DNA of 47,469 nucleotides from Candidatus Buchananbacteria bacterium (GTDB lineage Bacteria > Patescibacteriota > Patescibacteriia > Buchananbacterales > UBA6539), in NCBI GenBank assembly GCA_013359225.1, contig JABWCG010000002.1:1-47469 (forward strand). Reading direction: 5' to 3'. Every line of letters begins with the position of its first letter. Within the stretch, counting starts at the first letter, position 1. Of the stretch, positions 16,361-25,211 are shown piece by piece. Below the pieces are notes generated by a model. It saw nothing but the letters and a program-made list of their open reading frames with translations, was not told where the DNA came from and did no database searches. Made by a program: the position numbers and the translations under genes.

Positions 16361-16930
16361 TTAAATATTTTCGTTTATTATCTTAATAACCTGATTAATT
16401 GTTTCGGTCAATTTATGTGCCTTGTTGATGATGATGTAATCATACTTTTTTGCCAAAATAAGCTCTTTGCGGGCATTTTGCAGTCTGATCTTGAGGATAG
16501 CTTCCGGCATTTTTTCCCGGTGTTTAATACGTTTAGCGAGCTCATCAATATTTTCGGTTTTTAAGAAAATTAAGACGGTTTTGGCTGGCATTTTCTGCTT
16601 AATTTGTAGCGCCCCCTGAACGTCAATGTTCATCAAAAGGCTATTTTTTTTCAGCTCCTGAGCTACTACTTGAGCGTCCGTACCGTAGAAGTTATTATGT
16701 ACCACGGCCCATTCTAAAAAATCACCCGCCGCAACTTTGGTGCGAAACTCTTCCTCGGAAACGTGGATAATGGTTTTGTCTTCTTTCTTCCCCAGCCGTT
16801 TCGTGCGCGTAGTATAAGTGACAGTTGTTTTTAAAAAGGGTAGTCTTTTTAAAACTCCCTTGGCAACGCTCGTTTTGCCGACACCACTTGGTCCGGAGAT
16901 AATGAATACTTTATTTGTTTTTTTGTTCAT
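16361..16930 (-). CDS. gmk: Guanylate kinase
   Basis: P-loop ISGPSGVGKTS, TTR motif, typical length. Confidence 0.85.
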   Translation of the reverse strand: MNKKTNKVFIISGPSGVGKTSVAKGVLKRLPFLKTTVTYTTRTKRLGKKEDKTIIHVSEEEFRTKVAAGDFLEWAVVHNNFYGTDAQVVAQELKKNSLLMNIDVQGALQIKQKMPAKTVLIFLKTENIDELAKRIKHREKMPEAILKIRLQNARKELILAKKYDYIIINKAHKLTETINQVIKIINENI

Positions 16931-17885
16931 GAAGAAAAGCGGTTAGTTTTTCAGGTAGCGGGGAATTAAATTCTACCCAATGGTTATCAAAATCATTGAA
17001 TCCGATTTGGGCCGAATGCAAGAAGATCCTGCCAGGGTTAATAACTTTAACCTTATGTTGGAAGAAATGCAGAAAGTTTTTCTTTGGCTTGTAAATTTGG
17101 TCGCCAATAATTGGGTGGCCAATAGCAGATAAGTGTGCTCTGATTTGGTGGGTCCGGCCGGTTAGAATTTGGACTTCAAGTAACGTATAATCTTTAATAT
17201 ATTCTAATACTTTGTATTTAGTTTTGGCAACTTTGTCTTTGCTGTTAAATTTTTCGGTGCCACGCCGAGGATGGGCTACAAATTGGCCATCTTTATTTCG
17301 TCCAATCGGTAAATTGATTTCACCTTCGGGCTGAGTCGGATGCCCATAGACCAGTGCGTAGTAAATTTTTTTAACCTGGCGTTGCTTAAATTGTTCTTTT
17401 AGATGGTAAAACGTTTGATCATTTTTGGCGATAACGATTACACCAGAAACATCTTTATCAAGCCGATGAATAATACCACCGCGGTATTTGTATTCTCCGA
17501 CGGTCTCGATTTCCGGATATTTTTGATGCACCCATTCAACAAGAGTGCCGGGTTCATTAAGGTCGGTCGGGTGAACCAAAAGACCATCTGGCTTGTCTAG
17601 TACCAAAAAATTGTTATCTTCAAAAATTATTTTCGGTTCCAGGGTAGTGGCTGACTGTTGGGTAACGGATGTCTCGGCTTTGGTTTCCGCATCGGGCAGT
17701 ACGGTGATTTCATCATTAACTTTTAGGAATTGGTGGACCTTGGCTGGTTTGTTGTTAATTAAAACCAAACCCTGCTTGATCATTTTTTTTATTCTTGATC
17801 GAGAATCCTCGTGCAGTTTTTCGGTTAAAAACTTATCAAGGCGCTGGTTTTCATTTTCGTTAGTGATAATAATTTTTTCAAGCAT
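16911..17885 (-). CDS. RluA/RluD-family pseudouridine synthase with an N-terminal S4 domain
   Basis: RLDKFL S4 region, the catalytic HRLDKDVSGVIVIAK motif and GRTHQIRAHL. Confidence 0.9.
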   Translation of the reverse strand: MLEKIIITNENENQRLDKFLTEKLHEDSRSRIKKMIKQGLVLINNKPAKVHQFLKVNDEITVLPDAETKAETSVTQQSATTLEPKIIFEDNNFLVLDKPDGLLVHPTDLNEPGTLVEWVHQKYPEIETVGEYKYRGGIIHRLDKDVSGVIVIAKNDQTFYHLKEQFKQRQVKKIYYALVYGHPTQPEGEINLPIGRNKDGQFVAHPRRGTEKFNSKDKVAKTKYKVLEYIKDYTLLEVQILTGRTHQIRAHLSAIGHPIIGDQIYKPKKNFLHFFQHKVKVINPGRIFLHSAQIGFNDFDNHWVEFNSPLPEKLTAFLHEQKNK

Positions 17886-17889
17886 ATTT

Positions 17890-19350
17890 TTATTTAAGTA
17901 AGTTCCTCAGAAAGGCGAGTGCCTGCTGTTTGGTTTTTATTTTGCCGGCTAGCTGTGCCTCTCGGGCCGAAATCAATAGTTTGCCAATCAGTGGTCCGCT
18001 CGGTAATTTTAGGTTTTTAATAAGGTCGTTACCGGTCACCAGCGGCTTAATAAGGCCGTTTTTATTGCCTAAGCGTTGTTTGAGGCGGTTAATTCTTTTT
18101 TTAATCATTCGGTATTGGGTGAAATCAGGCCGGCCGGTTTTTTCAGGAATCGTAGCGGAAATATCCGCAAAAATCAACATCAGGAGTTCCGTGCCCGGAA
18201 AGTCCGGCTTGAAAAAATATTTTTCAATCGTAGTGTCTTTCATTTCAGAGTGTTTGGCATTTGCCGGCAGCATGTGTTTGGCAATGATTTTTTCAACGCG
18301 ATTAATGTCAACGCCGGCGGAGGATAATTTTAGCCGTTCAGCAATCAGTCGCCATTTTTGAGCTGAGACATTGTCATGATTATTAAACCGAATTCGATCT
18401 TCGTGTTTAATGGTGTAGGGTTTGCCGAGGTCATGAAAGATAGTCGCCCAAATTAATTCAGGAGTGGGCTGTTGGTTTTTGAATTCCGCTTTAAATTTTT
18501 TGTCAGCAAGGTTTTCAACTGCCAGCATAGTGTGGATCCAACAGTCGCCTTCAGAATGCCAATTGGTCGGCTGCGGACAGTTTTTCATTTTTAGTAATTC
18601 AGGGATTAAAATTTTTAATGCTCCTGATTCGTCCAGTAGTTGAATCGTTTTGGTTGCATTGGCGCTCATTGCTTTGTTCAACTCTTTAGCTATAACCTCA
18701 AAGGGAACAATTGGTTTGCCCCCGACTGTTTTAAGATGTTTAATCTGGCGTTTAATTGCTGACCAAGTTTGGTGTTCAATTACAAAATTAAGCTGGGCAC
18801 TAAATCTGATGGCTCGCAGCATGCGAGAATAGTCTTCTTTGAATCGTTGTGTTGGGGCGCCAACTGCCCGAATCACTTTATGGTTTAAGTCTTGAAGGCC
18901 TTGGTACGGGTCAAGTAATTTTTTATTTTTTACGTCATATGCAATGGCATTGATAGTAAAATCACGCCGGCCAAGATCATCTTCAATTTTTAATTTAGCG
19001 CTGCTGTTAATTTTAAAATCTTTGTAGCCGCCACTGAAGTTAATCGAGTGTTCGGTGCGCGGCAAAGCAATATCAATTTCAGTGCCAACCCAGCCTTTGG
19101 GAACAAACTTAAAGACGCCGAATTTTTTACCAACCAGATTAACTTTGCCATGGGCGGTTAAAAATTTTTCCAGTGTTGGTTTGGAAACGTTACGAACAAC
19201 TAAATCAAAATCGGTCGTGGGGCGATTTAGAAGCATGTCGCGAACGGCACCGCCAACTAAAAAAATTTCAGCTTCCGGAAGCTGCTTATAAAATTGTTTG
19301 ATGAATGGTTGAATAGACCACTTTTTTAACTTAATTGGAATATTTTTCAT
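17890..19350 (-). CDS. cca: CCA-adding tRNA nucleotidyltransferase with an HD domain
   Basis: GGAVRDMLLNRPTTDFDLVV head domain, RRDFTINA, and HD-domain FHDLGKP. Confidence 0.85.
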   Translation of the reverse strand: MKNIPIKLKKWSIQPFIKQFYKQLPEAEIFLVGGAVRDMLLNRPTTDFDLVVRNVSKPTLEKFLTAHGKVNLVGKKFGVFKFVPKGWVGTEIDIALPRTEHSINFSGGYKDFKINSSAKLKIEDDLGRRDFTINAIAYDVKNKKLLDPYQGLQDLNHKVIRAVGAPTQRFKEDYSRMLRAIRFSAQLNFVIEHQTWSAIKRQIKHLKTVGGKPIVPFEVIAKELNKAMSANATKTIQLLDESGALKILIPELLKMKNCPQPTNWHSEGDCWIHTMLAVENLADKKFKAEFKNQQPTPELIWATIFHDLGKPYTIKHEDRIRFNNHDNVSAQKWRLIAERLKLSSAGVDINRVEKIIAKHMLPANAKHSEMKDTTIEKYFFKPDFPGTELLMLIFADISATIPEKTGRPDFTQYRMIKKRINRLKQRLGNKNGLIKPLVTGNDLIKNLKLPSGPLIGKLLISAREAQLAGKIKTKQQALAFLRNLLK

Positions 19351-19514
19351 ATCTTTATTTTACCACAAAAACCGGATTGACAGCCATTAGTTTGACGAAA
19401 ACCAGAGAAATGGGCTACTCTTTTAGGTAGCGTTGTCGACTACACTGACAACGTTTTTTCGAACCCTACAACGTAGTTTTTTGGTAACCAGCAGGAAAGG
19501 AGAACCAGCACACT

Positions 19515-19640
19515 ATGGCACACGGAAGCCACAAAACGACCAAGCACCACCGCGAAAAGAAGTGGAAGAATGGTAGTATGAAATTTCACCGTGGTGGCAA
19601 ATCCGCCGGCAGCAATACCCGCAAGCGGAAGAAAAAGTAA
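19515..19640 (+). CDS. Possible 41-aa highly basic peptide (low confidence)
   Basis: MAHGSHKTTKHHREKKWKNGSMKFHRGGKSAGSNTRKRKKK, with GGAAAGGAG upstream. It lies in the GC-rich leader of purM. No family recognised. Confidence 0.25.
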   Translation: MAHGSHKTTKHHREKKWKNGSMKFHRGGKSAGSNTRKRKKK

Positions 19641-19720
19641 CATGGGCAAAAAGAGATCCCGATGGAAGAAAAACGGATATCGAAAGGGTCGTTGTTTGAC
19701 TCAGAAATCGGAGGCAGCGA

Positions 19721-20812
19721 ATGGGAGCACTCATAGCAGCGCCACCACCACTCGGCGGCGCGACCTACGCTCAGGCCGGCGTTGATATTGACGCCGGTAA
19801 CAGCTTTGCCCGGATGGTCAAAGGTTTGATCGCTCAAGCCTGGCCGGAAGCGGCAGCCGAAATTGGCGGTTTTGCCGGCGGTGGTATCATCCCGGTCCTT
19901 AGTGGTGTGTTTCCCAGCCGCGTTGAAACCTCAACCGACGGCACGGGGACAAAGGCGATCTTGGCCGCCCTGGTCGAAGAATTTTCCGGCATCGGCCACG
20001 ACGCCGTAGCGATGAGTGCCGTTGACACTTATGTCGTCGGCGCCAAACCGGTTTATCTGCTTGATAACCTGGACGTCGCGCGGCTAGAGCCAGCCAAGCA
20101 TATTACAATCATCGAGAGCGTGATCGGCGCTTGCAAGCTTGCGGGCTGTAAGTTGGTCGGCGGTGAAACGGCTGAGCTTCCCGATCTGTTTAAGCATCCG
20201 TGGATGTTTAACCTGAACACCTCGGTTGTTGGATTTTCTTATCCGTCTAACGGAGAACTTTTTGGTCCAGTCGCGGTTAAGCCCGGCAATCTGGTTTATG
20301 GCTGGCTGTCGTACGGACTTGGTTCAAACGGTTTTTCGCTGGCGCGCAAAGTGTTTCAGTTGAAGGATCGCCCGTCACGCGCCAGAGTTCGTCTGGAGCG
20401 GACCTGGCCGGAACTTGGTGGCCAAACCTTAGCTGCTAGTTTACTACAGCCAACCCCCATTTACATCAGCGCGATTGAACAGCAGAAACCTTGTGGCGTG
20501 AAGTTTTTAGCACATGCCCACATTACTGGTGGCGGCATGGTGGAAAACATTCCGCGTTGCTTGCCGCCTGACTGCAAGGTGCGCATTGACCGTTCGCGCT
20601 GGTGTCGTCCCGCGATTTTTTCCTTAATTGAAAGATTGGGAAATGTCGACGGTGCCGAGATGGATCGAACTCTCAATCAGGGGCTGATGATGGTTTCGAT
20701 CGTGTCGCAAAACGGCAAGCCGGTTGTCAATCCGCACGCCGTGCTGATTGGCGAAGTCGCCGCACGCGAGGGCAACGAGCCGCAAGTTGAACTGTCTGGT
20801 TCGTATCGTTAG
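19721..20812 (+). CDS. purM: Phosphoribosylformylglycinamidine cyclo-ligase (AIR synthetase)-like
   Basis: TYAQAGVDIDAGN, IGGFAG and DGTGTK PurM signatures. GGAGG lies 6 nt upstream. Very GC-rich: 42 of the first 60 nt are G or C. Confidence 0.8.
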   Translation: MGALIAAPPPLGGATYAQAGVDIDAGNSFARMVKGLIAQAWPEAAAEIGGFAGGGIIPVLSGVFPSRVETSTDGTGTKAILAALVEEFSGIGHDAVAMSAVDTYVVGAKPVYLLDNLDVARLEPAKHITIIESVIGACKLAGCKLVGGETAELPDLFKHPWMFNLNTSVVGFSYPSNGELFGPVAVKPGNLVYGWLSYGLGSNGFSLARKVFQLKDRPSRARVRLERTWPELGGQTLAASLLQPTPIYISAIEQQKPCGVKFLAHAHITGGGMVENIPRCLPPDCKVRIDRSRWCRPAIFSLIERLGNVDGAEMDRTLNQGLMMVSIVSQNGKPVVNPHAVLIGEVAAREGNEPQVELSGSYR

Positions 20813-20879
20813 GAGGGCCCAGTGTAGTATAGTGGCCAATAATAGTTTGTTCTTTTGTCCGACCTATCTTGGTCGTTTG

Positions 20880-20916
20880 ACCGCGCGTTTACTGTTGATT
20901 GTAGCGCGGTTTTTTT
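20880..20916 (+). terminator. Intrinsic terminator of purM
   Basis: ACCGCGC...GCGCGGT stem followed by TTTTTT. Confidence 0.75.
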
Positions 20917-20953
20917 AAAACAAAAAATACCTCTTGCAACAAGAAGTATTTTT

Positions 20954-21030
20954 TGGTGGGCGATAGTGGATTCGAACCACTGACCTCATCGATGTCAACG
21001 ATGCGCTCTAACCAACTGAGCTAACCGCCC
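20954..21030 (-). tRNA. tRNA-Val (anticodon GAC)
   Basis: Anticodon loop TTGACAT between CATCG/CGATG. CCA encoded. Confidence 0.9.
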
Positions 21031-21086
21031 AAGACTTTACTAAGATACGCAATAATCGGCTAATTGTCAACTGAGTTCCTGTGTTT

Positions 21087-21130
21087 GGTACGCGCCACCC
21101 CTGGTCTTAAACCAGGGACATCCACCTTGG
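21087..21130 (-). pseudogene. Degenerate copy of the 3' half of the adjacent tRNA-Ile
   Basis: On the minus strand, AAGGTGGATGTCCCTGGTTTAAGACCAGGGGTGGCGCGTA compares with AAGGTGGATGTCCCTGGTTCGAGACCAGGTGGGCGCA in the intact gene. The T-loop TTCGA is mutated to TTTAA. Confidence 0.75.
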
Positions 21131-21143
21131 CTCATATATTTAG

Positions 21144-21217
21144 TGCGCCCACCTGGTCTCGAACCAGGGACATCCACCTTATAAGAGTGGCGCTCTAACC
21201 AACTGAGCTATGGGCGC
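21144..21217 (-). tRNA. tRNA-Ile (anticodon UAU)
   Basis: GCGCCCA/TGGGCGC acceptor stem. Anticodon stem CCACT/GGTGG with loop CTTATAA. T-arm CCTGGTTCGAGACCAGG. No encoded CCA. Confidence 0.8.
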
Positions 21218-21242
21218 ACTAAATATACGAGAATGAAATTAT

Positions 21243-21266
21243 GAGTGGTGCTAATCGGCGCACTAA
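21243..21266 (-). pseudogene. Degenerate copy of the 5' part of the same tRNA (acceptor to anticodon stem, D-arm deleted)
   Basis: On the minus strand, GTGCGCCGATTAGCACCACTCATAA compares with GTGCGCCCATAGCTCAGTTGGTTAGAGCGCCACTCTTATAA in the intact gene. Confidence 0.6.
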
Positions 21267-21314
21267 GCACAGGAATTCGGTGGCGTTAAGACACCCTTCA
21301 TTATAACAGCCGTC

Positions 21315-22451
21315 TTATTTTTGACCAAGCCTTTCTTTAATTCGATCAATGACGACTTGCTCCGCTTCTTGGAGGGTTTTTTGAGGAAGCTCAAATGCGG
21401 CAATACTTTTAGAACCGGTCGGGTTAAAATTATTTGTGAGGTAAAGAGCGTTATGATTTTTCAAAGTGTTAACTAAGACATTGACGGCGCCGTTAAATTG
21501 ATAGATTAAAACCACGATTTCTACTCCCGGAACAAATGATATTAATTCTTCTACGACGTCAGATAAATCATTTGGGTTGGCGCCGGCCTCAATAAAGTCG
21601 TTGTCGGTTAGTAGTGACCAAACCAACGTGTTGCCGTTGCGGCTCTTAAGTCGGGCCAAGACTCGTCCCCAGAGATTTAGGGTAGGCAGATTTCTTGAGC
21701 GGTATAATTTTTTGATAATCAAATCGCGGTCGGCCTCAAGCCCTAATAGCTGGCTGGCAATTTCCAAAGTTTTTGGGGTAACCGTAACGGTTTTAAAGCT
21801 TTTGGTTTCGGCAATCATGCCGGTTAATAAACAGGTGGCGATATCTTTATCGAGTAAATTTTGATCAATTGTTTTGATTAACCGGAAAATAATTTCCGAC
21901 CCTGCTACCGCATTGGGGTTGGTTAAGTTGATTTGTCCGTACTGCTCATTTTCTGCAGAGTGATCAATGTTGACGATTGTGGTATCGTAAAAAAATTCGG
22001 TGAAGTTTTGGTAGATATTGCCCAGGGAATCAAAGTCTGGCGCGTCAATCGTAAAGATTGCATCGTATTTGTACCCTGAACTCGTGGCTTCAACGTCATT
22101 TTTGTGAAACGATCCGGCCTTGGGAGTAACATAAATATTGAGCCGATCGTTTTCAATGTTGTAGCTAAACTCGTCAACGGCATTCTTTTTCAAATTAAGA
22201 CTGATGATGAATTTTTCCAAGCCGGTAATATGAGGTTTAATGTCTTTGATGTTTGGTAGAAAATCAAGATTGTTAGGCACCGAAAAGCCATCACAGACAA
22301 TATCAACCAGCTTATTTTGTTTTTTTAAAACCAAACCAAGCGCCAGTGCTGAGGCAATAGCATCTGCCGAATAATCTTTCTTGCAAACAATTAAAATGTG
22401 ATGACTTCTTTTAATCGTTTCATGTACTTGTTGAGCCTCATTGAGAGCCAT
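21315..22451 (-). CDS. DHH/DHHA1-family phosphoesterase (NrnA-like nanoRNase/pAp phosphatase)
   Basis: DGDAIAS-like DADAIASALAL, NIDHS (a DHH variant) and a C-terminal DHHA1-like region. Confidence 0.7.
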   Translation of the reverse strand: MALNEAQQVHETIKRSHHILIVCKKDYSADAIASALALGLVLKKQNKLVDIVCDGFSVPNNLDFLPNIKDIKPHITGLEKFIISLNLKKNAVDEFSYNIENDRLNIYVTPKAGSFHKNDVEATSSGYKYDAIFTIDAPDFDSLGNIYQNFTEFFYDTTIVNIDHSAENEQYGQINLTNPNAVAGSEIIFRLIKTIDQNLLDKDIATCLLTGMIAETKSFKTVTVTPKTLEIASQLLGLEADRDLIIKKLYRSRNLPTLNLWGRVLARLKSRNGNTLVWSLLTDNDFIEAGANPNDLSDVVEELISFVPGVEIVVLIYQFNGAVNVLVNTLKNHNALYLTNNFNPTGSKSIAAFELPQKTLQEAEQVVIDRIKERLGQK

Positions 22452-22591
22452 GACTGGAGCGCTTTTTGTTATCTTTAGTAAAGTAGTTAATTATACCTAT
22501 TTAATAGGAATTTGTCATCTTAATTGTTGTGATACAGATTGTCAAGAATTCGGGCCAAAAACTTGATAAATCTAAGAAAATTGGCTAAAAT

Positions 22592-25210
22592 ATGAATATG
22601 TCAAAAACTGAGATTCCTAAAGCCTACGAACCAAAAACAGTTGAAGACTCTATCTACCAAATGTGGGAAGAGTCTGGTTTTTTTAACCCTGATAATTTAC
22701 CCAAGGGGCATAAGCAGCCGTTTACCATCGCTATGCCGCCACCAAATGCAACCGGCACGCTGCATGTCGGCCATGCGGTAATGTTGGCAATTCAGGATAT
22801 TGTTATTCGTCATCAGCGCATGAAAGGCCGCAAGGCACTTTGGTTGCCGGGTACCGATCATGCGGCAATTGCCACCAACGCTAAGGTTGAAAAGATTTTA
22901 CAGGATCGGGAAGGGAAAACGCGATTTGATATTGGTCGCGAGGCGTTTATTAGTCGGGTGGAGCAGTTTATTGCCGAATCGCAGGCTACCATTATTAATC
23001 AGGTTAAGAAAATGGGTTCAAGTTGTGATTGGTCGCGGTTGCGTTATACGTTTGATGAGGGCTTGAGCCATGCGGTGTCATCGGCATTTGTGGAAATGTA
23101 TAATGATGGCTTGATTTATCGCGGGGAGCGAATTGTTAACTGGTGTCCTCATTGTGGTTCAACCTTGGCTGATGATGAGGTTGAATATAAAGAAGAAATG
23201 ACACCGTTTTATTATTTTAAATATGGTCCGGTGGTGATTGGTACCGCCCGGCCGGAGACGAAATTCGGTGATAAGGTCATTGTGGTTCATCCCGATGATC
23301 CTCGGTATCAAGATTTGATTAATAAAGAGCTGGAAGTCGACTGGATTTTAGGCAAGATTAAAGCCCGGGTGATTGCGGACTCGGCTGCGGAAATGGAAAT
23401 GGGCTCTGGTGCGATGACGATTACGCCTGGTCACAGTTTTGTTGATTTTGAGCTGGCTCAAAAATACGGCATTGCCATTGAAAAGATTATTGATGAGTCT
23501 GGTCGCTTAACACAGGCGGCGGGGGAGTTAGCCGGATTGTCAGTTAAGGAGGCGCGCCGAAAAGTTGTCGAGTTATTACAAACTAAAAATCTGGTTGATC
23601 ATATCGACGAAAACTACGTTCATAATCTGTCGGTTTGTTACCGTTGCGGTACACCCGTTGAGCCATTGGTTTCCAAACAATGGTTTGTTGATGTTAATAA
23701 ACCGATTAAAAAATTTGGCGGTAAGACAATCAAAGAGCGGTCGCTGGAAGTAGTGCGCGGCGGCGAAGTTAAAATTATTCCTGAACGCTTTGAAAAAACT
23801 TATTATCACTGGATGGAAAATCTACGCGATTGGTGCATTTCGCGCCAGATTTGGTTTGGCCACCGGATTCCGGTTTGGTACCGCGGCGAAAATCAAGCTG
23901 AGATTTATGTTGGCAGTACGCCACCAAAAGGTGAAGGTTGGCAACAGGATCCCGATACCCTTGATACTTGGTTTTCTTCGGGACTATGGACATTTTCAAC
24001 ACTGGGTTGGCCAGATAAAACGGCCGACCTAAAAACTTTTCATCCGACATCGTTGATGGAAACCGGATATGACATTTTATTTTTCTGGATTGCTCGAATG
24101 ATTATTATGACGACGTATTTGATTGAAGAAATTCCGTTTGAAACAGTATATTTGCATGGCTTGGTGCGCGATGAACAGGGTAGAAAAATGAGCAAGTCGC
24201 TTGATAACATTATTGATCCGCTGGACACCATCAGTAAATATGGCGCGGACGCGACGCGTCTGAGTTTGGTGATTGGCATGACGCCCGGAAACGACACTAA
24301 TATGTCAGAGGCAAAAATTGCCGGGTACCGAAATTTTGTTAATAAACTTTGGAATATTTCGCGCTATATTTTAATGAACGTTAAGACAGTACGGTTGGTG
24401 GAATCTGCGCCAAAACCAAAAACGTTAGCTGATGAATGGATTTTGGCGGAACTTAACGAGTTAATTGTCAGCGCCACTGATAATTTGGAAAAGTATAACC
24501 TGTCGATTGTTGGCGAAAAAATTTATGAATTTACCTGGTCGAAGCTGGCCGATTGGTATGTTGAGATTGCCAAAATTGAAGGTGATAAAGACGAGCTGTT
24601 ATTGTATATTTTACAAACCGTTTTGAAGTTATGGCATCCATACACGCCGTTTGTAACTGAGGAAATTTGGAAAAAAATTTCGCCAAATGAATTATTGTTA
24701 GTTCAACCTTGGCCGGAAGCTTCCGGCAAAATAAGTAAAGCGTCAGTTGCCAAGTTTGGCCTAGTTAAAAATGTGATTACCGGCATCAGAAATGTTCGGG
24801 CTGAGGCTAAAATTGCACCCTCACAACTGCTGGATGCTGTGGTAGTTGCTCCGAAGAATTCAAAATTATTCAAAGAGCAGGAAGCGGTAATTAAAACGTT
24901 AGCGCGGCTTAAGACGCTTGAACTAAAAACAGCCGCTGCTAAACCATCCCAGGCGTTAGCAGTGATTCTACCCCAAGTTGAGATTTATTTGCCGGTTTCT
25001 GGTATGATTGATGTAGCTAAGGAAGTTAAGCGCTTAACGGAAGAGATGACCCGGCTGACTGATTTTGTCCAGCATCTTGAGCAAAAATTAAGCAATGAGC
25101 GTTTCTTGGAGCGAGCACCCAAAGAAATTATTGCCGCAGAAAAAGAAAAGCTCGAAAGCAACAAGCTGAAATTAGCTAGTATTAATCAGCAACTTAAAAC
25201 ACTTACTTAA
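22592..25210 (+). CDS. valS: Valyl-tRNA synthetase
   Basis: PPPNATGTLHVGHA (HIGH), KMSKSLDN (KMSKS), an editing-domain insert and a C-terminal coiled coil. The alternative start ATG 22598 is possible. Confidence 0.95.
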   Translation: MNMSKTEIPKAYEPKTVEDSIYQMWEESGFFNPDNLPKGHKQPFTIAMPPPNATGTLHVGHAVMLAIQDIVIRHQRMKGRKALWLPGTDHAAIATNAKVEKILQDREGKTRFDIGREAFISRVEQFIAESQATIINQVKKMGSSCDWSRLRYTFDEGLSHAVSSAFVEMYNDGLIYRGERIVNWCPHCGSTLADDEVEYKEEMTPFYYFKYGPVVIGTARPETKFGDKVIVVHPDDPRYQDLINKELEVDWILGKIKARVIADSAAEMEMGSGAMTITPGHSFVDFELAQKYGIAIEKIIDESGRLTQAAGELAGLSVKEARRKVVELLQTKNLVDHIDENYVHNLSVCYRCGTPVEPLVSKQWFVDVNKPIKKFGGKTIKERSLEVVRGGEVKIIPERFEKTYYHWMENLRDWCISRQIWFGHRIPVWYRGENQAEIYVGSTPPKGEGWQQDPDTLDTWFSSGLWTFSTLGWPDKTADLKTFHPTSLMETGYDILFFWIARMIIMTTYLIEEIPFETVYLHGLVRDEQGRKMSKSLDNIIDPLDTISKYGADATRLSLVIGMTPGNDTNMSEAKIAGYRNFVNKLWNISRYILMNVKTVRLVESAPKPKTLADEWILAELNELIVSATDNLEKYNLSIVGEKIYEFTWSKLADWYVEIAKIEGDKDELLLYILQTVLKLWHPYTPFVTEEIWKKISPNELLLVQPWPEASGKISKASVAKFGLVKNVITGIRNVRAEAKIAPSQLLDAVVVAPKNSKLFKEQEAVIKTLARLKTLELKTAAAKPSQALAVILPQVEIYLPVSGMIDVAKEVKRLTEEMTRLTDFVQHLEQKLSNERFLERAPKEIIAAEKEKLESNKLKLASINQQLKTLT

Positions 25211-25211
25211 C

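Noticed and set aside
17930-19291. Several plus-strand ORFs of 60-143 aa inside the cca gene.
   Set aside because: They are antisense to a well-supported 486-aa gene with clear nucleotidyltransferase and HD motifs.
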